Assembly: GCF_963921235.1 (NCBI RefSeq)
Contig: NC_086108.1
Coordinates: forward strand, 93,436,001-93,500,000
DNA length: 64,000 nt
Direction: 5' to 3'
DNA from: Mobula hypostoma
Lineage: Eukaryota
Positions 37,100 through 51,559 of the stretch are shown one piece after another. A model generated the notes under the pieces. That model was not told where the DNA came from. It saw only the letters and a list, made by a program, of their open reading frames with translations, and made no database searches. Every line of letters starts with the position of its first letter. Positions within the stretch are counted from its first letter, which is position 1. The translations under genes and the position numbers were made by a program.

Positions 37100-38610
37100 C
37101 TGGTGGCATCCGTTAGTCTCTCGAGACCATGGATCTACGCCTGGAAAGTCTAGCTTCAGTCTGTGTTAGAGCAGAGTCTGTTGTGGCTGTAGAGGCCCAC
37201 ACGGGAGTGACGGTCTCGGCTACAGCGACTGCACTTGGAGGCGCTGTCCTCCAGTGTTGTCTTGGTGCTGTTTTTCCGACGAGTGTGCTTTTCTTCAGCA
37301 GCAAGCCTCAGCTTCTCTTCTCCTCTTTTCAGACGTCTGCGTAGTTCCAGCCTCCAGTGAGAGCCATCGCTTGCGATGTCCTCCCACTTCTCAATGTTCA
37401 TGTTCAGTGACTTCATGTCTCTCTTGCAGACATCTTTGAAATGAAGATGGGGCTGCCCTTGTGCTCTCTTGCCGGAGGCCAGTTCCCCGTACAGCAGGTC
37501 TTTCGGGATCCTCCCGTCTGACATGCGGTGTACGTGGCCCAGCCAGCGGAGACGGCGTTGTTGGAGCAGGGTGAAGAGGCTGGGTATCTGGGTGCAGGCC
37601 AGGACCGCATAGTTGGTGACTCGGTCAGTCCACATGATGTCCAGGATGCCTCTCAGGCTGCGAAGGTGGAAGGCGTTGAGACGCCGCTCTTGTCTGTAGT
37701 AGAGGCTCCAGGTCTCGCTGCCGTAAAGCAGTGTGCTGAGGACGCAGGCCCTGTAGACTGCAACTTTGGTGTGTGTCGTCAGCTTTCTGTTCTCCCAGAC
37801 TCTGTTTGTCAGCCTGGCAAATGTTGAGGCTGCTCGTCCGATCCGTCTGTTGATCTCGGGGTCTAGGGAGAGACTGTCCGTGATGGTGAAGCCAAGGTAT
37901 GTAAACTCGTGAACTACCTCCAGCTCGTAGTTGTTAATGGTAATGGCAGGGGGGTGCTCAACACCTTGGCCCAACACATTGGTCTTCTTCAGGCTCTTGA
38001 GAAGCTGTCCATGAGGCGTTGCAGTTGCTCTTCAGAGTGTGTTGCCAGTGCCGCATCGTCTGCAAACAACATGTCCCTGATGAGTAGTTCGCGAACCTTG
38101 GTTTTCGCCCTCAGCCGGGACAGACTGAACAGCCTCCCATCCGATCTGGTGTGGAGGTAGACACCATCAGTTGATGTTCCAAATGCGTGCTTCAGCATGA
38201 CTGTGAAGAAGATGCCGAACAGGGCGGGGGCAAGCACACAGCCCTGCTTCACACTGCTGCTGATGTTGAAGGCCTCTGAAGAAGAGCCGTCAAACTGAAC
38301 GACTCCCTTCATGCCTGTGTGGAATGGCTGAACTATCCTGAGGAGCCTCGGGGGACAACCAATCCTGGCAAGGATTTTGAACAGACTGTCTCTGCTCACA
38401 AGGTCGAAGGCAATGAAAGCGGCATAGAGTGGTTGTCTTTGCATTGTTGGGAAGGTCTTCGCCCACGTGGTCCTGAACAGACTGCAGAAAATAGCCGAAA
38501 GGGTATATCCCGAGTCTCAGTGCGGCTTCAGGTCAGAACGCTCCACAGTCGACATGATCTTCTCCCTTCGACAGCGACAAGAGAAATGCAGAGAGCACAG
38601 ACAACCACTC
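37100..38610 (-). mobile_element. RTE-clade LINE 3' portion with inverted 5' segment (38442-38610)
   Basis: VKQGCVLAPALF, MLFADDAAL, FTYLG, LLYGSETW, RLRWLGHVHRM, PKDLLYGEL. Confidence 0.92.
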
Positions 38611-41010
38611 AACGTTGCTTATGTATGTACAGGACTGCATTTGTGATTTTCACATATGAGATGTGGAAAAGTGTTAAAGTGCCTGTTAAAAGCGGCACCT
38701 TTGTAAGATTTATCTTGCTAATGTCAACTTGCAATGCTGCTTTTTGTAAAATGACACTATATTTACAGTATATAGTTTGTGAAATTAATTTTTTTAGATA
38801 TCCCTTTGAAAGATGAGTCATTGGAATGTTGGGTGAGTTGTGTGAAATTCCTGTTTATTCCACAGGATCAACTAATACAATGGAAAGAGAAAAAAAATGT
38901 CAGTTCAAGTTCATCGACTACGACCCCAGCTTGGAGTCTTCCCAGACTCAAGCACTGCAGCTGTGCATTCCCATTCCCCGCTGTAGCCTGAGCCCATATT
39001 TCTGTAGCTGGTAGGTGTTGCAAAGATACAATCAACTACCATTTGTCATATACTTAACTGTATACAATCTAAAGGACAGTAAATTATGGTTAAACTACAG
39101 TAAATAAGCAAAACTAAAAATTATATTTTGTAATTATATTAATGTATAATCTGCCAAATTCAGTTTTCTTCTGAATACCGTAAGATAGCCCTAATTATTC
39201 AAGACACAATGCTATATCTGCTTAATATACCTATTTATTTATTGAGACCTGTACCTCTATATGATCAATATACCTTGGACTTGTTTAGCACTGACTGCCT
39301 TTCATCTGTAGTTTCTACAAAGATTTATAAACCACTGAGAACCTTACAGTAATCGATCTTCCATGAAACTATATATTTTTTTATTTATCGAGATACAATG
39401 CAAAATAGGCCCTACAGCCCTTCAAACCTTGCCAACCAGTAATCCCCCGATTTAATTCTAACCTAATCATGGGACACTTTACAACTAACCTACCAACTGG
39501 TACGTCTTTGGCCCAGAGGATACCCATACAGCCACAGAGAGAACGTATGAACTCCTTACAGGCATCGGTGAGAATTGAACACAGTCTGCAATGTACAATG
39601 TACAATGTAAAGCATTGTACTAACACTACACTACCACGTATACGCTATGTGTAAGAGTTGAGTCCAAATGTCTATTTGGAGGGCAGGGGATAGATGGACT
39701 ATGGCGTATACATGCAATTAATCCTAATAAAATTATTTTCTCACATTGCTCTGTTTACTATCAAACATTTTAATAAAATTGAGAAACATTCCAAATGAGA
39801 AACAAGGAAAGATGCTTTTCATTCAGCAAATTGTTATGATCTGGAATGCTTAAACAGTAAGAGCTGCCAAAGCAGATTCAATAATACTATACAGAATTGG
39901 ATTGAAAAGGAAATATTTGTAGAGCAATGCATTGAAATGGAGAATAGAAAGGCATCCTTAAGTGATGTAAAATCCTATAATTCAATTTTTATAATTCAGT
40001 CTATAATTCATATTCTTACAGAAATTACTCGTTAAGTATTTGATGAAATCGCATTCATTAGTAGTACATCACTGCTTCCAAAGGTGGAGAGAGAAGTGAG
40101 AAGAAGTAGGGTTGCTGGTGGTGGTGATGTAGTCACAGGATTTCAAAGCAGAAAAACGTTTTAAATTGTTCTGGAATTCATTTAAAGCTGAGTCTTACAG
40201 TAGATGTCTCTATGAAAACTATTTGTTGCTGTTCATTTCTCTAATTTAGAACTTATGGATTGGAATCGCTATATAAATGGTTAGTTGACTACCAGCATGG
40301 TGATCTTTCACAAATTGGTGCTAAGTTATTTGACCTTATTTAAGAAAACTGTCCATGATCCAATGATTGGGGAAATACAGATTGAATATTCGGTAAAGGA
40401 AGTACTTTGAGGTAACCTGAATCAAATAATTATCCGAAGGACAATGAATTAGAGCCAAGCGATAAGTAGGTACTGTATACCTCATTAGTTAGTGCTTTCA
40501 TGGAGAATAGGAGAATAAAGAGAGAGATTTTTAAGATAAATATATCATTGAGTGTTGATGTTAGTTTAATTGGATTATTAATTACAGCATCAAAATGAAT
40601 GCTCGGTGAGCCTAGACCTGAATCCAGACGGAAACATCATGCCCATCTGCCTGGCCTTCTATATTTTAACCAAGCACAAGAGTTTAAGCTATTTGGACAA
40701 AATAAATCCAGCTGAGTGAATAACACATGAAAGTCCAACGCTAAATGATAAATATATCTGTTTTTTAACTTTAAAAAAGTCTGATGATTCATCAAATCCA
40801 TTGAATGCAAAGATTCCAAAGTGAAACACAGTATCTGAAACATTAAATTACATGAATAGATATCAAATGCCTAATCCTGATTAATTTATCTCTTAAATCC
40901 CAGTAGCACCACTGCAATTTTTACATACCATTATCGAGTACTCCTATGTTTTATGTAAAACATCTTTGGAAACACAACTTTATTACAGTTCATAGAATGC
41001 TTGTAATCGC

Positions 41011-41012
<2 letters not shown>

Positions 41013-41056
<44 letters not shown>
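41013..41056. repeat. (CA)22 microsatellite
   Basis: Perfect CA run. Confidence 0.97.
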
Positions 41057-41057
<1 letters not shown>

Positions 41058-41299
41058 TCAATGTTACAATGAAAACTCCCAATGAATAGCTCACATTTTT
41101 ATGAGGTGAATTGATAAGAATGTGAAACAATGTTGTAATTATGAGTAATACTTTTGAAAGCACAAGGACAAAATAATGTTTCAGAATGTTAACTTCATTA
41201 ACTTAAAAACAAGCAATAAAGCATATAAGGCAGATGAGCTGAAGGCACAAATGTACATATATGGAAGTATTTCATTTTAACTTTAAAGAGCAACAAAAA

Positions 41300-42710
41300 T
41301 GACAGTTTAACGTTCCTGGTTACAAGGCTATCAGGTAAAATAGATACGGAGATAATATTGAAAGTGGCAATACTGGTTTAAGAAACAATCAGAGTTATGG
41401 GAAGGGAAATGTTAGAAGGATCATTGAAACAGACTGTAAGGGGTTGGATTAAAGAACAAAATTACTGCAAAGTAAAATCAATGAAAATGCAAAGGTGTTT
41501 TATAAGTATGTAAAGAGCATGAGGATAACAAAGATAAGCAAGATAAGCTTGTGAGTAGGTAGGGAAATGGATGGGAAAGATTCTGAGGGGCAGGATTAAT
41601 CTGCACTTTGAGAGCCAAGCATTTATCAAGGATAGGGGAATACCTATCTGAGTATTTTGACTGAAACCTTTGAAGAGGTAACTAATTGTTCCATTGAAGC
41701 TACTGCACTTATATAAAGCTTTTGACAAAGTCTCACACAGAAAAATAGTCCACAGGGGATCTAGGTATTGGATCCAAAATTGTCTTGGTGGTAGCCCAAA
41801 GGCAACGGTAGAGTTTTTGTGAGTGGAAGCTTTGACCAGTGGTGTACCACATGAAATAGTGCTGCATCCTTACTGTTTGCAATATACCTTACCAATTTGG
41901 AAGTGAATATAGGAAGTATGATAGTAAGTTTGCATCAGACACTAAAATTTGTGATCCTTTTGAGAGTGAGAGAGTAGACTTTAGCTACACGATGATATTG
42001 ATGAGTTAACGAATTTGCAGAGCAATAGCAGATGGAATTTAACCCTAAAACAAAATGTGACAGAGGACAAATTAGGCTCAGATAGACACACTAAATATTA
42101 GAACTCTAGGAAGTACTGTAGATGAAAGGGACATCTGTGTGCATGTTCAAGATTTCCTGAAGATGGCAATGCAGATATATAGAAAGGCATGCAGAGTAGT
42201 TAGCTTAATTAGCTGGGGCATAGAATACAAGAGCAGGGAGATTATGGTACAACTATGTAAAACATTAATTAAGTCACATCTAGAGAACTGTGTGTAGTTC
42301 TGGTTGTCACATTACATGGAGGATGTGATTGCATTATAGAGTGTGCTGAGGAGATGTACTGGGACATCGCCTGGGATGAAAAGAGACTGGATAGGCTGGG
42401 TTTACTTTCCTTGGAGCGAAGAACACTGAGGGGAGATCTGATTGAGGTATGCGCAACTATGAGGAGCATGGATGGACCTGATAGCAAGGAACTTTTCCCT
42501 TTTGCTGAAGTGAGCATAACCAGAGGGCATAGATTTAAGGTCAACAACAGAAGATTTCGAAAGGATTTGAGGGAAACAATGTGGAAAGTAGTTGAAATCT
42601 GAATGCATTCTGACACATTTAAACTATGGGCTGCGTGCTGAAAAATGGGATGTCTAGATTTGACATCCATCACGGACACAGTTACCTGAAGAGCTGTATG
42701 ACTCTATGTC
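41300..42710 (+). mobile_element. Old CR1 LINE fragment
   Basis: aaagcttttgacaaagtctcacac, agtggtgtaccaca and LGLLSLERRTLRGDLIEV. Confidence 0.75.
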
Positions 42711-43559
42711 ATGCTACAGTCCTTAACTTCAAAATGAAATTCAGCAATTTCTTTAACCAGCCTTTTTGATTATCTCACAACTGGCTAGTTGTGAAAATCA
42801 AGGAACTGCAGAAATCAGAAATAAAAACAGAAATGGCTGATACACTCGGCCAGTCAGGAAAGAAAAACAGCCAACATTTTCAGGTCCAGGTGCCTTTGTC
42901 AGAACTGGAAAAGAGCTAGAAACTGATTTTAGAATAAAGAAGCTGGTCACTTCTGTTACGATGTCATTCATCTGCAATGTTTCCTGTCCACAGATGCTGT
43001 TTGCTCTAGGGTGGTTTTTCAGCATTTTCTTTAATTTCGGATTTCCAGCAATTCTTGTTCCAGCATTTTGATTTACTTCTTCTCTCTTAATCTCCCTCAA
43101 TGTATACTCTCTTCAAATAGATCAGCTGCCATTATTCAGACCACCACTCTTTTCCAGCTGGCATTGTCCATTTTTCCTTCCACCCAACACAGAGACACCA
43201 TTTTCTCTCTGCAATCCTGCACTCTATCTGCAACTTAAAAAAGGTTATTGATCTGAAACATCCAATCTTTTTCTTTCCCCGGGTGCTGTGTGGTATGCTG
43301 GGCATTTGCACTGTTTTCTCGTTTTATTTTGGGCATTGATTGATTTTGGCATGAGGATTGAAGTCATAGTTGCAAGCTATATGTACTTTGTGTACATGAA
43401 ATATGGAACCAAAGTTCAAAGATCAATGTAAATTGAAATGTGATTCCATGTAACAAAGAGAGCAAGGCATACACAAATTTTGCAATCACAAATTGTCATA
43501 TAAATTATTACTTTTTTTGTAGAACCATGCAGTATTCTTCCCAATTTATTGCCCACTTA

Positions 43560-46135
43560 AGATAAGATATGACAAGACCATACGATGTAGGAGAAGAATT
43601 AGGCCATTTGGACCATTGAGTCTGCTCCACCAATTCATCGTGACTGATCCAATTTTCCTTTCAGCCCCAATCACCTGCCTTCACCCCATATCCTTCCATG
43701 CCCTGACCAATCAAGAATCTATCAACCTCTACCTTAAATATACATAAAGACTTGGCCTCCACAACTGCCTGTGGCAAAGAATTTCACAGATTTATGACTC
43801 TCTGGCTAAAGAAATACCCCTTCATCTCTTTTCTAAAATGACGCCTCTCTATTCTGAGGCTGTGTCCTCTGGTCTTAAACTCTCCCACCATAGGAAACAT
43901 CTTCTCCATATGCACTCTATCAAGTCATTTCACCGTTCAATAGGTTTCAATGAGGTCACCCCACATTCCTCTGAATTCTAGTGACTATAAGCTCAGAGCC
44001 ATCAAATGCTCTTCCTATGACAAGCCACTCAATCCTGGAATAATATTCATGAATCTCCTTTGAACCCTCTCCAATTTCAGTACATCCTAAGAAAATGGGC
44101 TCAAAACTGCTCACAATACTCCTAGAAAGCAAATTTTATAATGCCAACATTGTATTTGCCTTCCTCACCACAGACTCAACCTGCAAATTAATCTTTAGGG
44201 AATCCTACACAAGGACTCCCAAGTCCAATTGCACCTCAGTTTGTTGTATTTTCTCTCCATTTAGAAGATAGTCAAAAAGTGCAGGAGGATACACCTCTTG
44301 AGACTCTATTCCCATCAGCCATTTCTTTGCCTATTCTCCTAATCTGTCTGGTCCTTCTGTAGCCTCTCTACTTCCTCAAAACTACCTGCCTCTCTACCTA
44401 TCTTCATATCGTCTGCAAACTTTTCAACAAAGCCATCAATTGTATCATCCAAATCATTGACATATAACGTAAAAAGAACTGGTCCCAACACAGACCCCCG
44501 TGGAACACCACTAGTCACCTGCAGCCAGTCAAAAAAGTCTCCCTTTATTCCCACGCTTTGCCTCCAGCCAATCATCCACTGCTTTATCCATGCTAGGATC
44601 GTTCCTGTAATGCCATGGGCCTGTAGCTTGCTAAGCAGCCTCATGTTTGGCACCTTGTCAAATATCAACCAACTCTCCTTTGTCTATCCTGCTTGTTATT
44701 TCTTCAAAGAATTCCAACCGATTTGTCAGGCAGGATTTTCCCTTGAGGAGACCATGCTGACTACAGCCTATTTTATCATGTGCGTCCAAGACCTCATCCT
44801 TAATAATCAGCTCCAACATCTTCCCAACCACTGAGATAAGACTAACTGGTCTATAGTTTCCTTTCTTCTGCCTTTCTCCCTTCTTGAAGAGTGGAGTGAC
44901 ATTTGCAATTTTCCAGTCGTCCGGAACCATTACAGAATCTGGTGATTCCTGAAAGATCATTACTAATGCCTCCACGATATCTTCAGCCACCTCTTTCAGA
45001 ACTCTGGGGTGTACTCCATCTGGTCCATGTGACTTATCTACCTTTAGCGCTTTAAGTTTCCCAAGAACCTGTTCTCTAGTTATGATAACTTCACACACTT
45101 CATGCCCCCGGACATCTGGAACTTCCATTATACTGCTTGTACTTTCCACAGTGAAGACTGATACTTTATATTTTATTGTCACCAAACAATTGGTACTAGA
45201 ACATACAATCATCACAGCAATATTTGATTCTGCGCTTTCCACTCCCTGGATTACAAATATTAAATAATAAAAATAGTAAAAATTAGTAAATATTAAAAAT
45301 TTAAATTACAAATCATAAATAAAAAATAGAAAAATGGAAAGTAAGGTAGTGCAAAAAAACCGAGAGGCAGGTCCGGATATTTGGAGGGTACGGCCCAGAT
45401 CCAGGTCAGGATCCGTTCAGCAGTCTTATCACAGTTGGAAAGAAGCTTTTCCCAAATCTGGCCGTACGAGTCTTCAGGCTCCTGAGCCTTCTCCCGGAGG
45501 GAAGAGGGACGAAAACTGTGTTGGCTGGGTGGGTCGTGTCCTTGATTATCCTGGCAGCACTGCTCCTACGGTGTGCAGTGTAAAGTGAGTCCACGGACGG
45601 AAGATTGGTTTGTGTGATGCGCTGTGCCGTGTTCACGATCTTCTGCAGCTTCTTTCAGTCTTGGACAGGACAACTTCCATACCAGGTTGTGATGCACCCT
45701 AGAAGAATGCTTTCTCCGGTGCATCTATAAAAATTAGTGAGGGTTTTAGGGGACAGGCCAAATTTCTTTCGTTTTCTCAGGAAGTAAAGGCGCTGGTGGG
45801 TCTTCTTGGCAGTGAACTCTGCGTGGTTGGACCAAGTCACGTCATTTGTCAGATACAAAATACTTATTCAATTTGTCCGCCATTTTGCTGTTCCCCCCCC
45901 CACCCCCAATACTATGGCTCTAGCACCGTTTTCCAGTGATCTGATATCCACTATCTTTTTTTTAGTTGACTTCTGCTGTTATTTGAAAGCTTCCCAATCC
46001 TTTAACTTCCCACCAATTTTTGCTCTATTATATGCCCTGTCTTCGGCTTTTATGTTGGCTTTGACTTCTGTTGTTAGCCACGGCTGTGTCATCTTTCCTT
46101 TAGGATACTTCTTCCTCTTTGGGATATATATATCC
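43560..46135 (-). mobile_element. CR1 LINE (RT) interrupted by a Rex/Babar fragment
   Basis: WKIANVTPLFKKG, NYRPVSLISV, SGVPRGSVLGPVLF, KFADDMKIG. Confidence 0.9.
45165..45850 (-). mobile_element. Rex/Babar-like 3' fragment nested in CR1
   Basis: KKTHQRLYFLRK...FYRCTGESIL...LPSGRRLRS...SFFPTVIRLLN. Confidence 0.85.
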
Positions 46136-46160
46136 TAAGCTACACGACTGCCAACACTTG

Positions 46161-46240
46161 TAGGGGTTCCCATATTGGGGTCCACGGACTTCTTGCTGAA
46201 TGGTATTGGTCCGTGGCATAAAAAACATTGGGAACCCCTG
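46161..46240. mobile_element. Short hAT-like MITE
   Basis: TIR taggggttccca / tgggaacccctg. Confidence 0.6.
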
Positions 46241-49200
46241 GGTCACAGAGGATAGCTGTTCATTCTACCTGGTACTGAACAATGTAAATTTGCTTATTTG
46301 GTTTATGGACAACACACACAAAAATGTTGTTTGAACTCAGCAGGTCCGGCAGCATGTATGGAGGAAAATGAAATGGTATCTGAAGTCTCTCATATGTCTC
46401 CTAATTATTTCATGCTTTGGTTTGAGGGAAAAAGGAGCATGATATATAAGATATTAGTCTATGAATACAAGCAGCCATTTACTGACTTAGTTGGACATTT
46501 AACATTTTATATTCCACTGGCAAGTATGAAATATTATAAAGTTATTCACCCAAGTCACAGGTATATAGATATTTACTGTAAATTCAGAACATGTAATTTG
46601 GATCTTCGGAGGAAACTATTTTCAGATGATTTAAAAGTTTAGACAGAATAACAGTGCAAATTAGGGGAGGTTTATAGGAAAATAGATTTTTATATTTCCT
46701 GAATAATATTTTAATATGCCTTTTAAATATATTAGAAGTGGCATAGGACATATAATCTACCATTCTCTGTGTAAAAAATGTCCCGTCCCTCCCACACTGC
46801 TAAACTTGAAATATATCCTTCAGGTATTTAACATTTCTACCCCTGGGAAAATAGAATATTAAACATGTAGATATATTGCTCCTTTAATAAAGCCAATACT
46901 TAAGAGAGAAAAAATATAGAGTTGTCTTTTCTTCATCTAGAAACACTGTTTGCTACATGGGAAACACCTTTTCTCCAAAATCGGGCAGCTATACTTTGGC
47001 CAACAGATATGGTCCAATAAAAATCTGTTATACTAATTATGGTATTGGGTTGATTTGTCCTTGAATAAATTATACAATAGCATATATATAATGAAACACA
47101 TCAAAAATATGATGGAATGAATTCATGACAAATGCTTATGTTTGTAGTGAATATTGTAGAACAGTTATACAGTTTGCAGACTTACAGTGCATTTGCACAT
47201 AATTTTCACAATTTTTGTCCATGTGCATTGGTATCCTTCTTGCACATGGATACGTGACCTCACATTAATTACAGTCCTGAAATTTGACTTACTAAATTAT
47301 AGATTAATATTTTCATCTTCTTAGGTAGTTAGTTCTTTGTGATCAGTGTTGACTGGTTTTTAGTCCAGTTCTGTGGGCTCTAATGAAGGCTGTTGGAACC
47401 TGCAGACTTTGCCATTGATGGGACAAAGAGGAACTTGATGGGAAGGGCTGGAAGGTGATTTTGGAGGTGAGATGCACTCCTGCCATTTGCACTGGGCTTG
47501 CAATTGTCAAGGGTGCCCTGAATTTTCCTGCTTCATTTTGAATGGTGATAGGCTCGGGATTCTTGATTGGCATCAAAGGTTACAGAGAGAAGTCACAAGA
47601 ATTGAGGGGGATAATAAATCATTCATAATACAATGGCAGAGCAAGCTCGATGGGCTGACTAGCCTGATTTTGCTCCTGTGTCTTACATTCTCAACAGTCA
47701 GTGAAGATGTCACAACTTTTTAAGGAACTTATGGTTCATCCTTGAACATTTTCCTCTGTCTACCTGGTAATGTTTTGTCATGGCAGAGCTTGGAATAATG
47801 TGTGTCCTCTTTGGGAATCTGGTGTTTGACATGTGAATGGTGCAATCTGCGCATCTGAGCTGATTGACTTTTATTAGGGCCTCAAGATTGAATATTTTGG
47901 TCTGGGAGATAATGTTAATATTGGTTCATTTATTCTACCAGTGAATCTAGATGATTTTGCAGAGGCAGTAGATTATAATCAGTAGTAAATACTATCCTAC
48001 TTTTGGATTTGTATATGCAGAATTTAGTTTGTTTACTATCACAGAAGCAGTGAATATTCTATGGTAATGGACTTAAGGTTAAGTACAATCTTATGGCAGA
48101 GTAATGGTCTATTTTCAATCAATTTGAAGTTCATATTATGTTTTATTTTTACATTTTCTTTCTATTCCTCTAGGATTATGGCCACGTGTATGAAAACAAT
48201 TACACCTTCTGACGAGGGATGGCGCTGCAGCACATCAACACCACGGAGAGGTTTCTATTACAAGTACAGGCATGGGGGCTTAAAATGGAAAAAAAATGTC
48301 ACCTACAATGTTTCATAGACTATAGTTACGTAGAAAACCTTAGTGGCATCTTAGGAAGCACAGCAGTTTTCAACATGCAGATTTTGATACATTTTGAAAT
48401 TACAAGTGGGAAATAGTGTACTTAGCTGAAAGAATCAGATGTTTATGCACAGCAGGAATAGTACTTACAATCCATTATCATTTGTTTCCTATTACGATAA
48501 TCTTATATCTTCCTATCTATACGTCCCATTCTAAAAAATTCTTATAGACGCGTGCATCATTCATCATTCATTAACTATGCCTCAGTTCTCTTCACAACAG
48601 TGATTCTCCTGCTCTCTGTCCTAAATACCTTGTAATTAATCATGTCCCAGTTTTCCTAACCCATTATTCATTTTTGCTCTTCTTTGCACCATCCTAGCAA
48701 TTCTAGGCAATGTTCTCTATCGTCTTAAAACCTTCCATATTCTGTACCATTATCTGTCAGCTTTCTTGTATTCGTGGCCTTGCCTCAAAGGCATGTGTCA
48801 AGGGCTTTTGATGTATTGCTTTAAATTCTTATAACTATGAGTTAAATATTTTCTTATATATAGATTATCCAACTTTTCCCCATTCAAGTCTTATGCCTTA
48901 AAATCTACTATGTCTATTTACCATCACTGACTCTTTTTACCAGGTTTGGAAGACTGGATATTCATATGATTTTTCATTATAAAAAGATAAAATATTTAGA
49001 ACAAAACATATAAATCAAATATTTTAATAAGTGATCACATATCAAGTTAAAGTGCTGTTTCCTGAACCATTATAAGATAAGGTGAACTTATTTGACTGAG
49101 TTTTTTCATCACTTTGTCCAGTTACGTCCATAGCACAGACTAACAGAATACAAGATTTCAATGTAAAATATAAAATGAGTAATAATGGTAACTTTATATA

Positions 49201-49289
49201 AAAATATAAATAAGCTTCTGTAGTTTTGAGTTCCATGTCCTATGAAGGCAATAGGGAGTTTAGCACAGAATTAATTGGATGCTAAATTT

Positions 49290-49520
49290 CAGTAGCCAGA
49301 GGGTGGTGAATGTGGAATTCGTTGCCACAGATGGTTGTGGAGGTCAAGTCGTTGGGTATATCTAAAGTGGAGTTTGATAGGTTTTTCATTAGTAAGGACA
49401 TCAAAGGTTACCTGGAGAAGGCAGGAGGATAGGATTGAGAGGGATAATAGATTAGCCATGATTGAACAGTGGAGCAGAAAGTCCAAGTGGACTAATTCTG
49501 CTCCTATGTCTTATGTTCTG
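49290..49520 (+). mobile_element. CR1 3' end fragment
   Basis: agccagagggtggtgaat...aattctgctcctatgtcttatg. Confidence 0.75.
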
Positions 49521-51559
49521 TCTGACAGGGAAAAGAGCAAACACACCGACAATTTGGGACATGTCTAAAAAATGCTCTAAACTCAGTAAAGTATATTATG
49601 TACATTGTACATTCAGTTATTTTTGCTCATCAGGGTGAGCAAGGTTTCTGCATGCAGTGGAAGTTTTCTAATTGAGCGTGTCAAATTCAGCATCATTCAC
49701 TCTCAATTCTGTGTAATAGTGTTCACTGAAAGCCATGTCTCAGCCTCCAGGCACCACAGAGTGAGCAAGTATGTTGACAGTTTCCATTTTCTACACCTAC
49801 AGTGTATGGCTGTTATTGCAAAGTTGGTGGCATGAATGATTTCCCCTGCGGGGACCTGACAGGGGCAGGACTGAGACACGAGAAACTTCAGATGCTGGAA
49901 CTGAGACGGGATTGAAATGTAGTTTCCATAGTTTCCCTTCATCCCATCATTCTAGGTTGATTCCAACCCAGTTCAAATGTCTTGAACACCAGCTTTTAAT
50001 TATCTATCCAGTTCTCCAGAATTGTTTCCTCTTTCTTGCTGAACAATATTCACACTTCAAGGCATATTGTCTGGTTCTGTGAATCTGCAGAGGATTATAG
50101 GGAAAAGAAATATTTTAATGTAGTTAGAAGACAACAACATCTGGTCAATGGGAAAAAATGAAGATTTCAATATTTGTTTAAAGAACAAAAACATATTCAT
50201 AACGTTAATCATTTTTAAAAATTTGCTCCCACAATTTATAACCTGCTCTTTGGATCTATTACAGATTACACCATATTCTCAATTATTGCAAACTTTTATC
50301 ATGACCTTGACTGAGCCAAATTGTAATTTTTGCTTTTTTGTCTAAATCGAATATTCACACAAATTTGTTGTTTGAATATGGGAATATTGCCTCCAGAGTA
50401 ATTCCCCAATTACTTTATGTCGATGAGTATTTTTTAAAGTAACATGTAAATAAGCTGTTAATAAATGCTATTAAAAGACTGAAAAAATCTTTAAGGACAT
50501 CGACTTTTTCTTACCTCTGGAACCAGAAACGTATCAAAAGACCTTTAGTTTCATGTCGTCTTGCAGAACAGTATATTAGTGTTCCATAAACTCGGATACT
50601 TACCTCAGGTATGTGAATTGCAAACATGTTTATCTTAATTTGCGTTTCAGGATATTTGGAATACTCGACTAGACCAATAAAAAAACTTAAGTTAATCTTT
50701 CATCTCAGAGACCTGAAGGCTTGACGTCGGTAAAAGGAAAAACTACTGTTGGTGATCTTGTTACAAGAAAAATTTTGGAATATTTTAATCACCAAGTATC
50801 AAAGAAAAAATCCTTAATAATCCTTCCACACACAAAAAAAATCTTCATTTTATACTAAGATGTTCCACCTATTATAATTATTTTTCTTTTTCTCACCTCT
50901 AGGGGCAAATACTTTCCTCAATGTCAGTATTAGATGTAATAAGAAATGTCTAGTGATTACTTCCAGCTTGGTTTTTACTTTTGTCCTCCCCTCCCCAACA
51001 GCGTGAGCTTGTGAGGCACAAGTCCACGCGTAAAAAAATATTTCTCAGGGCTTTTCTCAGGGACGTGCAAATGTACAAATCAGTACATTTGAAGAGAAAC
51101 TATGGAAACTACATTCGGGTCATTTCAATCCCGTCTCAGTTCCAACATCTGAAGTTTCTTGTGCCTAAATTACTCTCACTACCAAGCCTTGTGAGTAAAT
51201 GTGACAGGGGCTTATTTATCATTCGTGTTGCTGTAAACCCTGGATCACCGCCGCACTTCCGTGGAGCAACATGCTAGAGGAACTCAGGCAGCTTCTACGG
51301 AGAGAAATGAACAGCCGAATGTTTGCCCAGAGCTTTCATCAGGTTCCTCCAGTATTTTTGTGTGTGTTGCTCCAAATTTCCAGCATCTGCAGTCTCTCGT
51401 GTCTCCAATACTTCCGTGAATGTTAGGATGTGTAAGTGTTAAATATCCATGCATGCAAGCAAGAAGGGCTGGCAGAAGATAAAACAGCTCATTTATTTCC
51501 ACTGAACTGCTTGGCCAGTGCAGTTTTCCTCTAAAGCTCGCATTTTGATTGGATTTCAT

